Shown piece after piece: positions 1 to 8,264 of a stretch of 64,000 nt of DNA (position 1 is the first letter of the stretch; every line of letters begins with the position of its first letter). The stretch is from Caulobacter sp. (GTDB lineage Bacteria > Pseudomonadota > Alphaproteobacteria > Caulobacterales > Caulobacteraceae). The position numbers and the translations under genes are program-made. Under the pieces are notes generated by a model, which did not search any database, was not told where the DNA came from, and worked only from the letters and a program-made list of their open reading frames with translations. Location: positions 18,409 to 82,408 of the forward strand of contig JAIOXZ010000012.1 in assembly GCA_021741355.1 (NCBI GenBank). The letters run 5' to 3'.

Positions 1-668
1 GCCAGGCCGATGGCCTCCGACACGCAGGCCATGGTGTTGGCGGTGAACATCCCGCCACAGGCGCCGTCGCCCGGACAAGCGTGCTGCTCGACCTGACACA
101 GGCGCTCTTCGGTGATGGACCCGGCGGAGAACTGGCCGACGGCCTCGAACACGTCCTGGACCGTCAGGTCCTTGCCGTCGAGCCGGCCGGGCAGGATCGA
201 GCCGCCATAGAGGAACACGCTCGGCACGTTGAGGCGCAGCATCGCCATCATCATTCCCGGCAGCGACTTGTCGCAGCCCGCGACGCCCACGAGCGCGTCA
301 TAGCCGTGGCCGCGCATGGTCAGCTCGACCGTGTCGGCGATGGCGTCGCGGCTGACCAGCGAGCTACGCATGCCCTCATGGCCCATGGCGATGCCGTCGG
401 TGACGGTGATGGTGCAGAACTCGCGCGGCGTGCCGCCGGCCTTCTTCACGCCCTCGGCGACCGCATGCGCCTGGCGCATCAGGGTCGTGTTGCAGGGCGC
501 CGCCTCGTTCCAGCAGCTGGCCACGCCGACGAACGGCTGGGCGATCTCCCGCGTGCCCAGGCCCATGGCGTAATAGTAGGAGCGATGCGGCGCGCGGGCC
601 GGGCCCTCGGTCACATGCCGGCTGGGCAGTTTCGACTTGTCCCAGCTTCCGTCCGGCTTCCTGGCCAT
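1..668 (-). CDS. ilvD: dihydroxy-acid dehydratase (5' part; runs off the left edge)
   Basis: Manual translation from ATG 668: MARKPDGSWDKSKLPSRHVTEGPARAPHRSYYYAMG...VASCWNEAAPCN...TVTDGIAMGHEGM...GCDKSLPG, which are IlvD motifs. Not listed in the ORF track (open-ended). Confidence 0.95.
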   Translation of the reverse strand, partial: MARKPDGSWDKSKLPSRHVTEGPARAPHRSYYYAMGLGTREIAQPFVGVASCWNEAAPCNTTLMRQAHAVAEGVKKAGGTPREFCTITVTDGIAMGHEGMRSSLVSRDAIADTVELTMRGHGYDALVGVAGCDKSLPGMMMAMLRLNVPSVFLYGGSILPGRLDGKDLTVQDVFEAVGQFSAGSITEERLCQVEQHACPGDGACGGMFTANTMACVSEAIGL

Positions 669-729
669 GGTTCTCGCTCCCGATTTTCGCGCGTTGGGGT
701 TAGCGCAGCAGGCGTCCGGGCGAAAGAGC

Positions 730-1845
730 CTAGGCGAGGAAGGCGTCAGCGATCCGCTGGGCGGGCTGCAGGGGATCGACGTCGATCTGGCCGAGGTTGG
801 TCAGAACGGTGACCGCCAGCGCCTCGTCCGGCAGCATCATGACGATGGACCGGCCGCCGACAATGCTGCCGGCATGCCAGGCGCGGCGACGCCCCTGCCC
901 GTCGGTGTCGACCTCCCAGGCGATGCCGAAATTGCCGCCGCCGGGCGTCCGGGCGCGATTGACGGTGAACATCCCGGCGCGGGCCTCAGGGCCCAGATAG
1001 CCGGGCCGGGTCAGGGCGCCGCAGAATCGCACCACGTCCGGCGCCGCGCCCAGCAGGCCGCCGGCCGGCCACTTGTAGGCCGGATTGATCGGCGGACAGC
1101 GGATGATGTTGGTCAGGTCCGGATAGACCGGCTGGTAGTCGCTGACCCGGCTGGCGACCGCGGCGCCGCGCACTTCCGGCGCGATACTGGCCAGGGCGAG
1201 CGGGCGGGTGACCTCCTCCGACAGCAGGCGGGGAAAGGCCTTGCCCGTCGCGGACTCCAGAACGGCGCCGAGCAGCACATAGCCGAAGCTGGAATACCGC
1301 ATCATCTCGCCGGGAGGGGCGATCAGCGGATCGTCGATGAAGATCGCCAGCTTGTCTTCGGTGTGAAGGTAGGTGCGAGCGTCGATCGCGCCGCCGGGCG
1401 CCGCCGGGTCGACGTCCCTTGGAATGTAGTGACGGATCCCCGCCTGATGGCTGGCGAGCTGGCGCAGCGTGGTGTTCTGGTGGGCCGGCGGCAGGTCCGG
1501 GCGATAGCGGCTGATCGGCGCGTCGAGGTCGATCACCCCCTGCTCCGCCAGGCGCATGACAAGCGCGCCGGTCATCACCTTGGAGACACTGGCCAGCCGG
1601 AACCGGTCCTCGGACGTCGCCGGCAAGCGCGCCTCGAGATCGGCCATGCCGAACGCTTCGCTCCAGACCAGCCCGCCGTCGTGCCAGACCGATACGGACG
1701 CCGCGGGGAACGGCGCGCGCGCCATCAGCTCGCCTGCGACCGCCCGCGCGCGGTCAGCCGCGTCCGTCTGCGCCCGCGCCAGGCCGGGGCCGGCGAGCGT
1801 CAGGGCGGCCGGAACCGCCAGAAGGGAGCGCCTGGAGATCTTCAC
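730..1845 (-). CDS. serine hydrolase, beta-lactamase class C/AmpC-like family, Tat-exported
   Basis: SRRSLL twin-Arg signal; FRLASVSK (SxxK), YSSFGY (YxN-like) and WHAGSIVG motifs. Confidence 0.88.
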   Translation of the reverse strand: MKISRRSLLAVPAALTLAGPGLARAQTDAADRARAVAGELMARAPFPAASVSVWHDGGLVWSEAFGMADLEARLPATSEDRFRLASVSKVMTGALVMRLAEQGVIDLDAPISRYRPDLPPAHQNTTLRQLASHQAGIRHYIPRDVDPAAPGGAIDARTYLHTEDKLAIFIDDPLIAPPGEMMRYSSFGYVLLGAVLESATGKAFPRLLSEEVTRPLALASIAPEVRGAAVASRVSDYQPVYPDLTNIIRCPPINPAYKWPAGGLLGAAPDVVRFCGALTRPGYLGPEARAGMFTVNRARTPGGGNFGIAWEVDTDGQGRRRAWHAGSIVGGRSIVMMLPDEALAVTVLTNLGQIDVDPLQPAQRIADAFLA

Positions 1846-1848
1846 CGC

Positions 1849-2325
1849 CTACAGCGCGCCCTCGATCGCGGCTTTCAGCTCGGCGTCGTCCGGCGTGGTG
1901 CGCGGGCCGAACACGTTGATCAGCGACCCGTCCTTGCCGACCAGCAGCTTGTGGAAGTTCCACACCGGCTCGGCCGGCTCGCCGACCTCGGCCACCGCCC
2001 ATTTGTAGAACGGGTGCGCGCCGTCGCCCTTCACGTCGACCTTGCTGGTCATCGGGAAGTCGACGCCGAAGTTGGTGCGGCAGAATTCCTGGATGTCCGC
2101 TTCCGTGCCCGGCTCCTGCCCGGCGAACTGGTTGCAGGGCACGCCCAGCACCACCAGCCCCTGGTCGCGGTAGTCCTTGTAGAGCCGCTCCAGCCCGTCG
2201 TACTGCGGCGTCAGCCCGCAGGCGCTGGCCACATTGACCACCAGCACCACCTTGTCCCTGAAGGTCGTCATCGGCAGAGCCGAGCCGTCGATGGCGGTGA
2301 AGTCGTAGTCGTAGGCGGTGGTCAT
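1849..2325 (-). CDS. glutathione peroxidase
   Basis: VNVASACGLTPQY, GVPCNQF, WNFHK motifs; start taken at MTTAYDYDF (ATG 2325, GGAG upstream). Confidence 0.95.
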   Translation of the reverse strand: MTTAYDYDFTAIDGSALPMTTFRDKVVLVVNVASACGLTPQYDGLERLYKDYRDQGLVVLGVPCNQFAGQEPGTEADIQEFCRTNFGVDFPMTSKVDVKGDGAHPFYKWAVAEVGEPAEPVWNFHKLLVGKDGSLINVFGPRTTPDDAELKAAIEGAL

Positions 2326-2392
2326 GCGAGGGGCTCCGTGGCTCTGCGGGACTATACCCGCCCGATCACGAAGACCAATGCCCCCCAAAACC

Positions 2393-2490
2393 CCGCTCAT
2401 CCTCGCGGAAGCGAGGACCCAGGTTTACGGCAGGTGCACTCACTTCAAGGGATGCCTGGCTCCCGGACGGGACATATGCTCGGGATTGCT
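2393..2490. repeat. REP-like palindrome doublet (copy A 2393-2439 plus degenerate inverted partner 2455-2490)
   Basis: CCGCTCATCCTCGC-GGAA-GCGAGGACCCAGG hairpin; partner CCTGGCTCCCG...CGGGATTGC. Confidence 0.85.
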
Positions 2491-2514
2491 AAAAGTGGAC
2501 CTACTTCTTATAAT
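2486..2514 (+). promoter_or_regulatory. sigma70-type promoter for the GIY-YIG gene
   Basis: TTGCTA (2486-2491), 17-nt spacer, TATAAT (2509-2514), 35 nt upstream of ATG 2550. Confidence 0.7.
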
Positions 2515-2549
2515 TGTATTTCTGGCAGTCGCGCGCGCTTGAGCCCCCT

Positions 2550-2834
2550 ATGCCCTTCTACGTCTACATCCTCGCAAGCCAGCGGATCGGCACCCTCTAC
2601 ATCGGGTCCACCGACAACCTCGTGCGACGGGTCGGTGAACACCGCGAAGGGCTGATCCCGGGGTTCACCAGCCGCTACCGCGTGAAGATGCTGGTCTGGT
2701 ACGCGGTATTCGAGACCCGCGACGACGCCTTCCGCCGCGAGCGGCAGATGAAGGTCTGGCGCAGGGCCTGGAAGATCGAACTGATCGAGAAGACCAACCC
2801 CGGATGGCGGGACCTGTATCCGGAGATTTGCTGA
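2550..2834 (+). CDS. small stand-alone GIY-YIG nuclease
   Basis: MPFYVYILAS...TLYIGSTDNLVRRVGEH...FETRDDAFRRERQMKVWRRAWK; 94 aa with YVY/YIG motif and conserved R and E. Confidence 0.92.
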   Translation: MPFYVYILASQRIGTLYIGSTDNLVRRVGEHREGLIPGFTSRYRVKMLVWYAVFETRDDAFRRERQMKVWRRAWKIELIEKTNPGWRDLYPEIC

Positions 2835-2847
2835 GCGCCCAAGAAGC

Positions 2848-2977
2848 CCGCTCATCCTCGTGCAAGCAAGGACCCAGGCTTTTCGATGCAGCAGCTCGCC
2901 GCGGTGATTGGCGAACAGCGGCTGACGTGCGTGCACCGGCCGTAAACCTGGGTCCTCGCTTCCGCGAGGATGAGCGG
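2848..2977. repeat. REP-like palindrome doublet (degenerate forward copy B 2848-2883, inverted copy C 2931-2977)
   Basis: Reverse complement of 2931-2977 matches copy A at 46/47 nt. Confidence 0.9.
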
Positions 2978-3083
2978 AAAAAAGGGGGAAGTCAGCAGCC
3001 CGTCAGCTGTTCGCGTGAGGGGCAAAGGTCAGGAAGGGGCTTAAAGCGGTCCCCCTGCGAGAAGCGCAACAACCCCCTAAACT

Positions 3084-3160
3084 CCGCTCATCCTCGCGGA
3101 AGCGAGGACCCAGGTTTACGGCAGGTGCAATCACCTCAAGGCCGATGCACTCACCTCAAG
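3084..3160 (+). repeat. REP-like palindrome copy D with a short internal tandem duplication
   Basis: 3084-3130 matches copy A at 46/47 nt; followed by TCACCTCAAGG twice (from 3131 and 3151). Confidence 0.9.
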
Positions 3161-3224
3161 GAATGTGTGGCGCCAGCAGGGCCAAACCATCGATGGCGGT
3201 GAAGTCGTAGTCCGAGGCGCTCAT
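3156..3224 (-). pseudogene. 5' stub of glutathione peroxidase (MSASDYDFTAIDGLAL...stop)
   Basis: 3190-3212 is identical to 2288-2310 (23 nt); its ATG overlaps the upstream ORF stop (ATGA); the frame stops inside repeat D. Confidence 0.75.
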
Positions 3225-3703
3225 GGATGGCTCTTCAGCGGGCTCCCGCTTCGCCGGCGCAGAGACATGGGCCAAGGCTCGTCGGGGAATAGTTCAACCT
3301 TAACACCGGCGCTGGTCACGGCGACCGGACTCCAGCCCGGGCACTCGTGGGCGTTTCGTCTTGAACCAAACTTGAACACGATGAGATGCCCGGTGGGCTT
3401 GTCCGCCACCGCGTAGGCCACCCCCTCCGGATCCCCTCGGTCGCAACCGGGATACTCTTCGAGCACCGCCGCCAAGGCTTCGCCAATCCGGGAATAGACA
3501 GCCTGATCCCTCGTCGGGAGGTAGAATTTGATCGGCGTCTCGCCATCGACGGAGGCGTTCACGGCGAACAGGTCGTTCATGTTCGCAACGACGGACTCGC
3601 TGGGATACAGCGCGAGTTGCGGCTCAGACGCGCGGGCAGGCGGGGTCGCCAGGATCACGAATGCCATAATGGGAAGCGCCAACGGGCGTTGACGGCCGAC
3701 CAT
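3221..3703 (-). CDS. hypothetical protein with probable signal peptide
   Basis: ATG 1 nt after the Gfo stop; N-terminus RQRPLALPIMAFVILATPPARA; two Cys; no motif recognised. Confidence 0.55.
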   Translation of the reverse strand: MVGRQRPLALPIMAFVILATPPARASEPQLALYPSESVVANMNDLFAVNASVDGETPIKFYLPTRDQAVYSRIGEALAAVLEEYPGCDRGDPEGVAYAVADKPTGHLIVFKFGSRRNAHECPGWSPVAVTSAGVKVELFPDEPWPMSLRRRSGSPLKSHP

Positions 3704-3704
3704 G

Positions 3705-4604
3705 CTAGAACCCCGCAGCCTGCTCAACCGCCAACGCCAGGTCCAGAGCCCTCGCCGCTTCCTGGCCCGTCACCACCGGCCGTGGCGACAGCCCCCGCAC
3801 CGCCGCCACGAACCCGGCGACGCTGGTTCCCAGCGGGTCCTTGCCCGCCGGCGTCTCCGTGAACGCCTCGTTCAGCGGGAACGGGGTGCTGTTCTTGAAG
3901 GCCCGGGTGACGAAGTCGATCTCCAGGACGCCCGACGGATAGACGATCCGCATGGTCCGCTCGCGCGCCTGCGCGTTGCGGGCGGCGGTGAAGATGGCGG
4001 TGAAGCCGTCGCCGAAGATCGCCTCGGCGCGGATGTCGTTTCCGTCGCCCTCGGCCTCGACGGCCAGCGGCTCAGCGTCGGTCAGCGACAGGGCGAGATC
4101 AATGTCGTGGATCATCAGGTCGAGCACCACCGACACGTCCTTGCTGCGGATCGACGGCGTGCCTTTTCGAACGGCCTCCAGCAGCAGGGGTTTTTCCGGG
4201 ATGTCGAGCAGGCCCATGGCCTGGGACACCACCCGCTCCTGATGGCCGCAGGCCAGCACCAGACCGCCTTTGGTCGCCGCGGCGATCAGGGCGTCGGCGT
4301 CCTCCAGGGTCGTGGCCAGGGGCTTTTCGACATAGACCGACCTGCCCGCCTTCAGGCAGGCCAGGGCCGCCGCGGCATGGGTCGTGGCCGGCGAGGCAAT
4401 TGTGACGATGTCGCAGGCGGCCAGCAGGTCATCCAGATCGCCCCAAGCCTCGACTCCGTGCTGTTCGGCCATGGCGAAACAGCGCTCGGGATGGACATCA
4501 TAGATGCCGGCGAGCTGGACCCCGTCCATCTCGGCGTACTTTTTCGCGTGATAGCCGCCGAACACGCCCGACCCGACGACTCCGGCCTTGAGTACCTTTT
4601 CCAT
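3705..4604 (-). CDS. Gfo/Idh/MocA family oxidoreductase
   Basis: GVVGSGVFG Rossmann motif, YVEKPLA, DLMIHDID. Confidence 0.92.
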   Translation of the reverse strand: MEKVLKAGVVGSGVFGGYHAKKYAEMDGVQLAGIYDVHPERCFAMAEQHGVEAWGDLDDLLAACDIVTIASPATTHAAAALACLKAGRSVYVEKPLATTLEDADALIAAATKGGLVLACGHQERVVSQAMGLLDIPEKPLLLEAVRKGTPSIRSKDVSVVLDLMIHDIDLALSLTDAEPLAVEAEGDGNDIRAEAIFGDGFTAIFTAARNAQARERTMRIVYPSGVLEIDFVTRAFKNSTPFPLNEAFTETPAGKDPLGTSVAGFVAAVRGLSPRPVVTGQEAARALDLALAVEQAAGF

Positions 4605-4697
4605 GGCCCGCTTCTAGCGCGGTTCGAAGGCTTCCGCGAGACCGGCAAAGGGCCTAAACAGTCGTTTGAAATTACACCGAAAATCGGGAGACCAACC

Positions 4698-5699
4698 ATG
4701 ACCGTGTCGCGCGAGATCCGCCTCAAGAGCCGCCCCGTCGGCGTGCCGACCGCTGACAACTTCGAGCTGGCGACCGTCGAGCTGCCCGCGCCGGGCGCCG
4801 GCGAGGTCCAGGTGCGCAACACCTGGATGACCGTCGATCCCTACATGCGCGGCCGCATGAACGACGTGAAGAGCTACAGCCCGCCCTTCCAGCTGGGCAA
4901 GGTGATGGACGGCGGCGCGGTCGGCGAGGTGATCGCCTCCAATGACCCGTCGTTCACCGTCGGTGATCTGGTCCAGAGCGGCTTCGGCTGGCGCGAGGCG
5001 TTCAACGCCCCGGCCTCGGCCGTGCAGAAGCTCAACACCTTCGGCCTGCCGCCGCAGACCTTCCTCGGCATCGCCGGCATGCCGGGCATGACCGCCTGGG
5101 TCGGCCTGCTGAAGATCGCCGCACTGAAGGACGGCGACGTCGTCTTCGTGTCCGGGGCTGCCGGCGCTGTGGGTTCGGTCGTGGTGCAGATCGCCAAGAT
5201 CAAGGGCCACACGGTCATCGGCTCGGCCGGCGGCGCGGAGAAGGTCGCCTTCCTCAAGTCGATCGGCTGCGATGAGGTCATCGACTACAAGGCCGAAGCG
5301 GACCTGACCGCCGCCCTCGCCCGCGTCGCGCCCAAGGGCATCGACGTCTATTTCGAGAATGTCGGCGGCGAGCACATGGACGCGGCCATCGCCAACGCCC
5401 GCCCGTTCGCCCGCTTCGCCCTGTGCGGCATGATCAGCCAGTACAATTCGACCGGCGAGATGCACGGCACGAAGAACCTGATCCAGGCGGTCGGCAAGAG
5501 CCTGAAGCTGGAAGGCTTCATCGTCTCCAACCACTTCCAGCACATGCCCGAGTTCCTGCAGGACATGTCCGGCTGGATCAACGACGGCAAGCTGAAGTGG
5601 ACCGAGACCATCGACGAGGGCATCGAGAACGCCCCCGGCGCCTTCCTCAAGCTGTTCAAGGGCGAAAACACCGGCAAGATGCTGGTCAAGCTGAGCTGA
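4698..5699 (+). CDS. NADP-dependent oxidoreductase (MDR, prostaglandin dehydrogenase/CurA-like)
   Basis: TVDPYMRGRM, GMPGMTAWVGL, VSGAAGAVGS, YFENVGG, NTGKMLV. Confidence 0.92.
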   Translation: MTVSREIRLKSRPVGVPTADNFELATVELPAPGAGEVQVRNTWMTVDPYMRGRMNDVKSYSPPFQLGKVMDGGAVGEVIASNDPSFTVGDLVQSGFGWREAFNAPASAVQKLNTFGLPPQTFLGIAGMPGMTAWVGLLKIAALKDGDVVFVSGAAGAVGSVVVQIAKIKGHTVIGSAGGAEKVAFLKSIGCDEVIDYKAEADLTAALARVAPKGIDVYFENVGGEHMDAAIANARPFARFALCGMISQYNSTGEMHGTKNLIQAVGKSLKLEGFIVSNHFQHMPEFLQDMSGWINDGKLKWTETIDEGIENAPGAFLKLFKGENTGKMLVKLS

Positions 5700-5705
5700 C
5701 GGCGC

Positions 5706-5783
5706 GGGGACATGTACCAAAGGTACGTGTCCCCCAATCGAGCAGTCTGGTTTAGGGGACACGTACCTTTGGTACATGTCCCC
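5706..5783. repeat. inverted doublet of 29-bp palindromes, probably terminator-acting
   Basis: GGGGACATGTACCAAAGGTACGTGTCCCC (5706-5734) and its exact reverse complement (5755-5783); 20-nt spacer. Confidence 0.9.
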
Positions 5784-5882
5784 GACGGCTTCCCCATCAC
5801 GAACGCGCGGGTTGTGAAGGCCGCGCTTCCTACGGCGGCCCGCGAAGGCTAAAAGCCCCGCCAATCTTTGGAGGGATAGCCC

Positions 5883-6788
5883 GTGTCGCGCCTTTTCAGC
5901 GCCTATGTGATGGTCGACTGGAGCGCCGCCGCCGCACCGCGGACGGGCAAGGATTCCATCTGGATCGGCGTCATCAAGCGCGACATCCGTTTTCGCCCGA
6001 CGTTCGAGGCGTTCAATCCGGCCACCCGCGACGAGGCGATGAAGGTGCTCGGCGATGTCCTCGCCGACCTGCGCCGCCGCAACGAGCGGGTGCTGGTCGG
6101 GTTCGACTTCGCCCTGGGCTATCCGGAAGGCACGGCGGCGAAGCTGGCGCTGAAGTCGCCGGACTGGAGCGGCCTGTGGGCGTTCATGGCCTCGAACGTC
6201 GTCGACAAGCCGACCAACGTGAACAACCGCTTCGCCGTCGCCGCCAAGATGAACCGGCTGATGACCGACCAGCCCTGGCCGTTCTGGGGCTGCCCGGCCA
6301 ATGACGCCCAGCGCTGGCTGACGACCACCAAGCCGGAGGCCGACGCCAGCGGCCTGCCGCAGCTGCGTCGCGCCGAGACGCTGACCCCGAGCAAGGGCAA
6401 GGGCGGCGCGAAGACCGTCTGGCAGGTGTTCGGCAACGGCACCGTCGGCAGCCAGGCCATCGTCGGCATCCCGCGCGTCAAGGCGCTGGCCGACCAGATG
6501 GGCGACAAGGCGAAGGTCTGGCCGTTCCAGACCGGCTGGAAAACCCTCACCGCTGCCGACGTCGAGGGCCTGGAAGCCGTGTTCGCCGAAGTCTACCCGG
6601 CGCTGGTCGAGGCCCGACCTGAGCCCGGCGAGGTCCCCGACCGCGCCCAGGTCCGCGCCCTGTGCGAGCACTTCCTCAAGCTCGACGAAGCCGGCGAACT
6701 GGGCGCCGCCTTCGGACCGGGCGCCGGCGCCGAGCCGGACGTGGTCGCGGTGGTCGAGGCCGAAGAAGGCTGGATCCTCGGGGTCTGA
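5883..6788 (+). CDS. conserved hypothetical, DUF429-like predicted RNase H-fold nuclease
   Basis: VDWS near the N-terminus, VGFDFALGYP, AEVYP motifs; GTG start. Confidence 0.5.
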   Translation: MSRLFSAYVMVDWSAAAAPRTGKDSIWIGVIKRDIRFRPTFEAFNPATRDEAMKVLGDVLADLRRRNERVLVGFDFALGYPEGTAAKLALKSPDWSGLWAFMASNVVDKPTNVNNRFAVAAKMNRLMTDQPWPFWGCPANDAQRWLTTTKPEADASGLPQLRRAETLTPSKGKGGAKTVWQVFGNGTVGSQAIVGIPRVKALADQMGDKAKVWPFQTGWKTLTAADVEGLEAVFAEVYPALVEARPEPGEVPDRAQVRALCEHFLKLDEAGELGAAFGPGAGAEPDVVAVVEAEEGWILGV

Positions 6789-6868
6789 CCCGAATGCGGC
6801 GCGTCGGCGATTGACTTCCGCCGACCGCCGTTCACCCTCCCCGCATCATCGCCTGGGGAGGCGCGCCG

Positions 6869-8104
6869 ATGACCACCGCCACTGAACGCTTCGGATCCAT
6901 TGACGCCGTCCGCGGCTTCGCGGTGCTGGGCATCCTGCTGATGAACATCGTCGGCATGGGGATGCCGACGTTCGCCTACGTCGATCCGACCTACTACGGC
7001 GACCTGACCGGCGCGAACTTCTGGGCCTGGGCGATCAACTTCGTCGTCACCGACGGCAAGATGCGGGCGCTGTTCACCATGCTGTTCGGGGCCAGCATGC
7101 TGCTGATCGCCGACCGGGCGGAAGGGCGTACGCCGGGTCCGGCCGCAACTCACTACCGCCGGGCGTTCTGGCTATTCGTGATCGGCATGATCCACGCCTA
7201 CTTCCTGTTCTTCGGCGACATCCTGGTCTGCTACGCCATCGCAGGCGCGATCGCGTTCGGCTTCCGCAAGCTGGGGCCGCGCGCTCTGATCCTGCTGGGC
7301 GTGCTGATCCTGGCGGGGCTGCTGGCCTACAAGATCATCGACGCGCAGCACCTCCACGCCCTGCAGGCGGCGGTCGCGGCGAACACCGCCGACGCCACCC
7401 AGCTCGCCCAGTGGAAGGAGGCGCAGCTGTTCCTGAACGCCCCTGCGGAGATGGGCGCCACGGAAATCGTCAAGATGCGGGGCGACTTCTTCGACGCGCT
7501 GGAGAGCCGGGCGTATGCGGCGCTGATCGTCCAGCTGGGCTACCTGCCGCTGGACGCCATCCCGGAGGCCGTCGGCCAGATGCTGATCGGCGCGGGCCTG
7601 TTCCGGCTGGGCTTTTTCACCCTCGGCTGGTCGAGCCGGGCTTACGCGGCGATGATCGCGGTCGGCTACCTGATCGGCGTGCCGGTGACGGCCTGGCTGT
7701 GCTGGTCGACCGTCGCGGCCGACTTCGAACCGGTGCGGCAGCACAGCCTGTTCGTGCTCACCGCCGCCCCTCGCCCGTTCATCGCCCTGGCCCACGCCAG
7801 CGTGCTGATGCTGGTCATCCGGGCCGGCGCTCTCAAGGTCCTGACCAACCGGCTGGAGGCCGCCGGGCGGATGGCGTTCAGCAACTACCTGATGACCTCG
7901 ATCATCACGACCTTCGTCTTCTGCGGCTTCGGCTTTGGCCTCTACGGCCAGCTGGAGCGGCATGAGCTCTACTATGTGGTGCTCGGCGTCTGGGCGTTCA
8001 TCCTGTTGTGGAGCCGGCCGTGGCTGGCGCGGTTCCAGTACGGGCCGTTCGAGTGGATCTGGCGCTCGCTGGTGATGTGGAAGCGCCAGCCGTTCCTGAA
8101 ATAG
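6869..8104 (+). CDS. DUF418 (YeiB-like) membrane protein
   Basis: IDAVRGFAVLGILLMNI; GRMAFSNYL; QYGPFEWIWR; multiple TM segments. Confidence 0.9.
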   Translation: MTTATERFGSIDAVRGFAVLGILLMNIVGMGMPTFAYVDPTYYGDLTGANFWAWAINFVVTDGKMRALFTMLFGASMLLIADRAEGRTPGPAATHYRRAFWLFVIGMIHAYFLFFGDILVCYAIAGAIAFGFRKLGPRALILLGVLILAGLLAYKIIDAQHLHALQAAVAANTADATQLAQWKEAQLFLNAPAEMGATEIVKMRGDFFDALESRAYAALIVQLGYLPLDAIPEAVGQMLIGAGLFRLGFFTLGWSSRAYAAMIAVGYLIGVPVTAWLCWSTVAADFEPVRQHSLFVLTAAPRPFIALAHASVLMLVIRAGALKVLTNRLEAAGRMAFSNYLMTSIITTFVFCGFGFGLYGQLERHELYYVVLGVWAFILLWSRPWLARFQYGPFEWIWRSLVMWKRQPFLK

Positions 8105-8115
8105 GGCGGCCTGAC

Positions 8116-8259
8116 CTCCCTCCCCTTCATGGGGAGGGACAGACCGCGAAGCGGTCAGGGTGGGGAAGTAACGGGCCGTTCTGGATGCATCCGGGCAGCG
8201 GGCGACTCCCCCACCCGTCCGGCCTTCGGCCGTCCACCCTCCCCATGAAGGGGAGGGAG
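8116..8259. repeat. CIR-type intergenic palindromic repeat
   Basis: Perfect 23-bp terminal inverted repeats CTCCCTCCCCTTCATGGGGAGGG; inner hairpins; GACTC at 8204. Confidence 0.88.
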
Positions 8260-8264
8260 AATGG

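Noticed and set aside
81-2655. Long plus-strand ORFs 81-812 and 637-2655, and similar long shadows (e.g. 8364-9923, 12706-14850, 21826-23712, 42874-44751, 54670-56868, 56931-58826)
   Set aside because: They are antisense shadows of well-supported genes, expected in high-GC DNA, and carry no motifs.
2508-2936. 142-aa minus-strand ORF over the GIY-YIG gene
   Set aside because: Antisense to a motif-bearing gene and starts inside a repeat.
2393-3160. CRISPR array interpretation of the 47-bp repeats
   Set aside because: Copies are in mixed orientation and irregularly spaced (one interval contains a gene); no cas genes are present.
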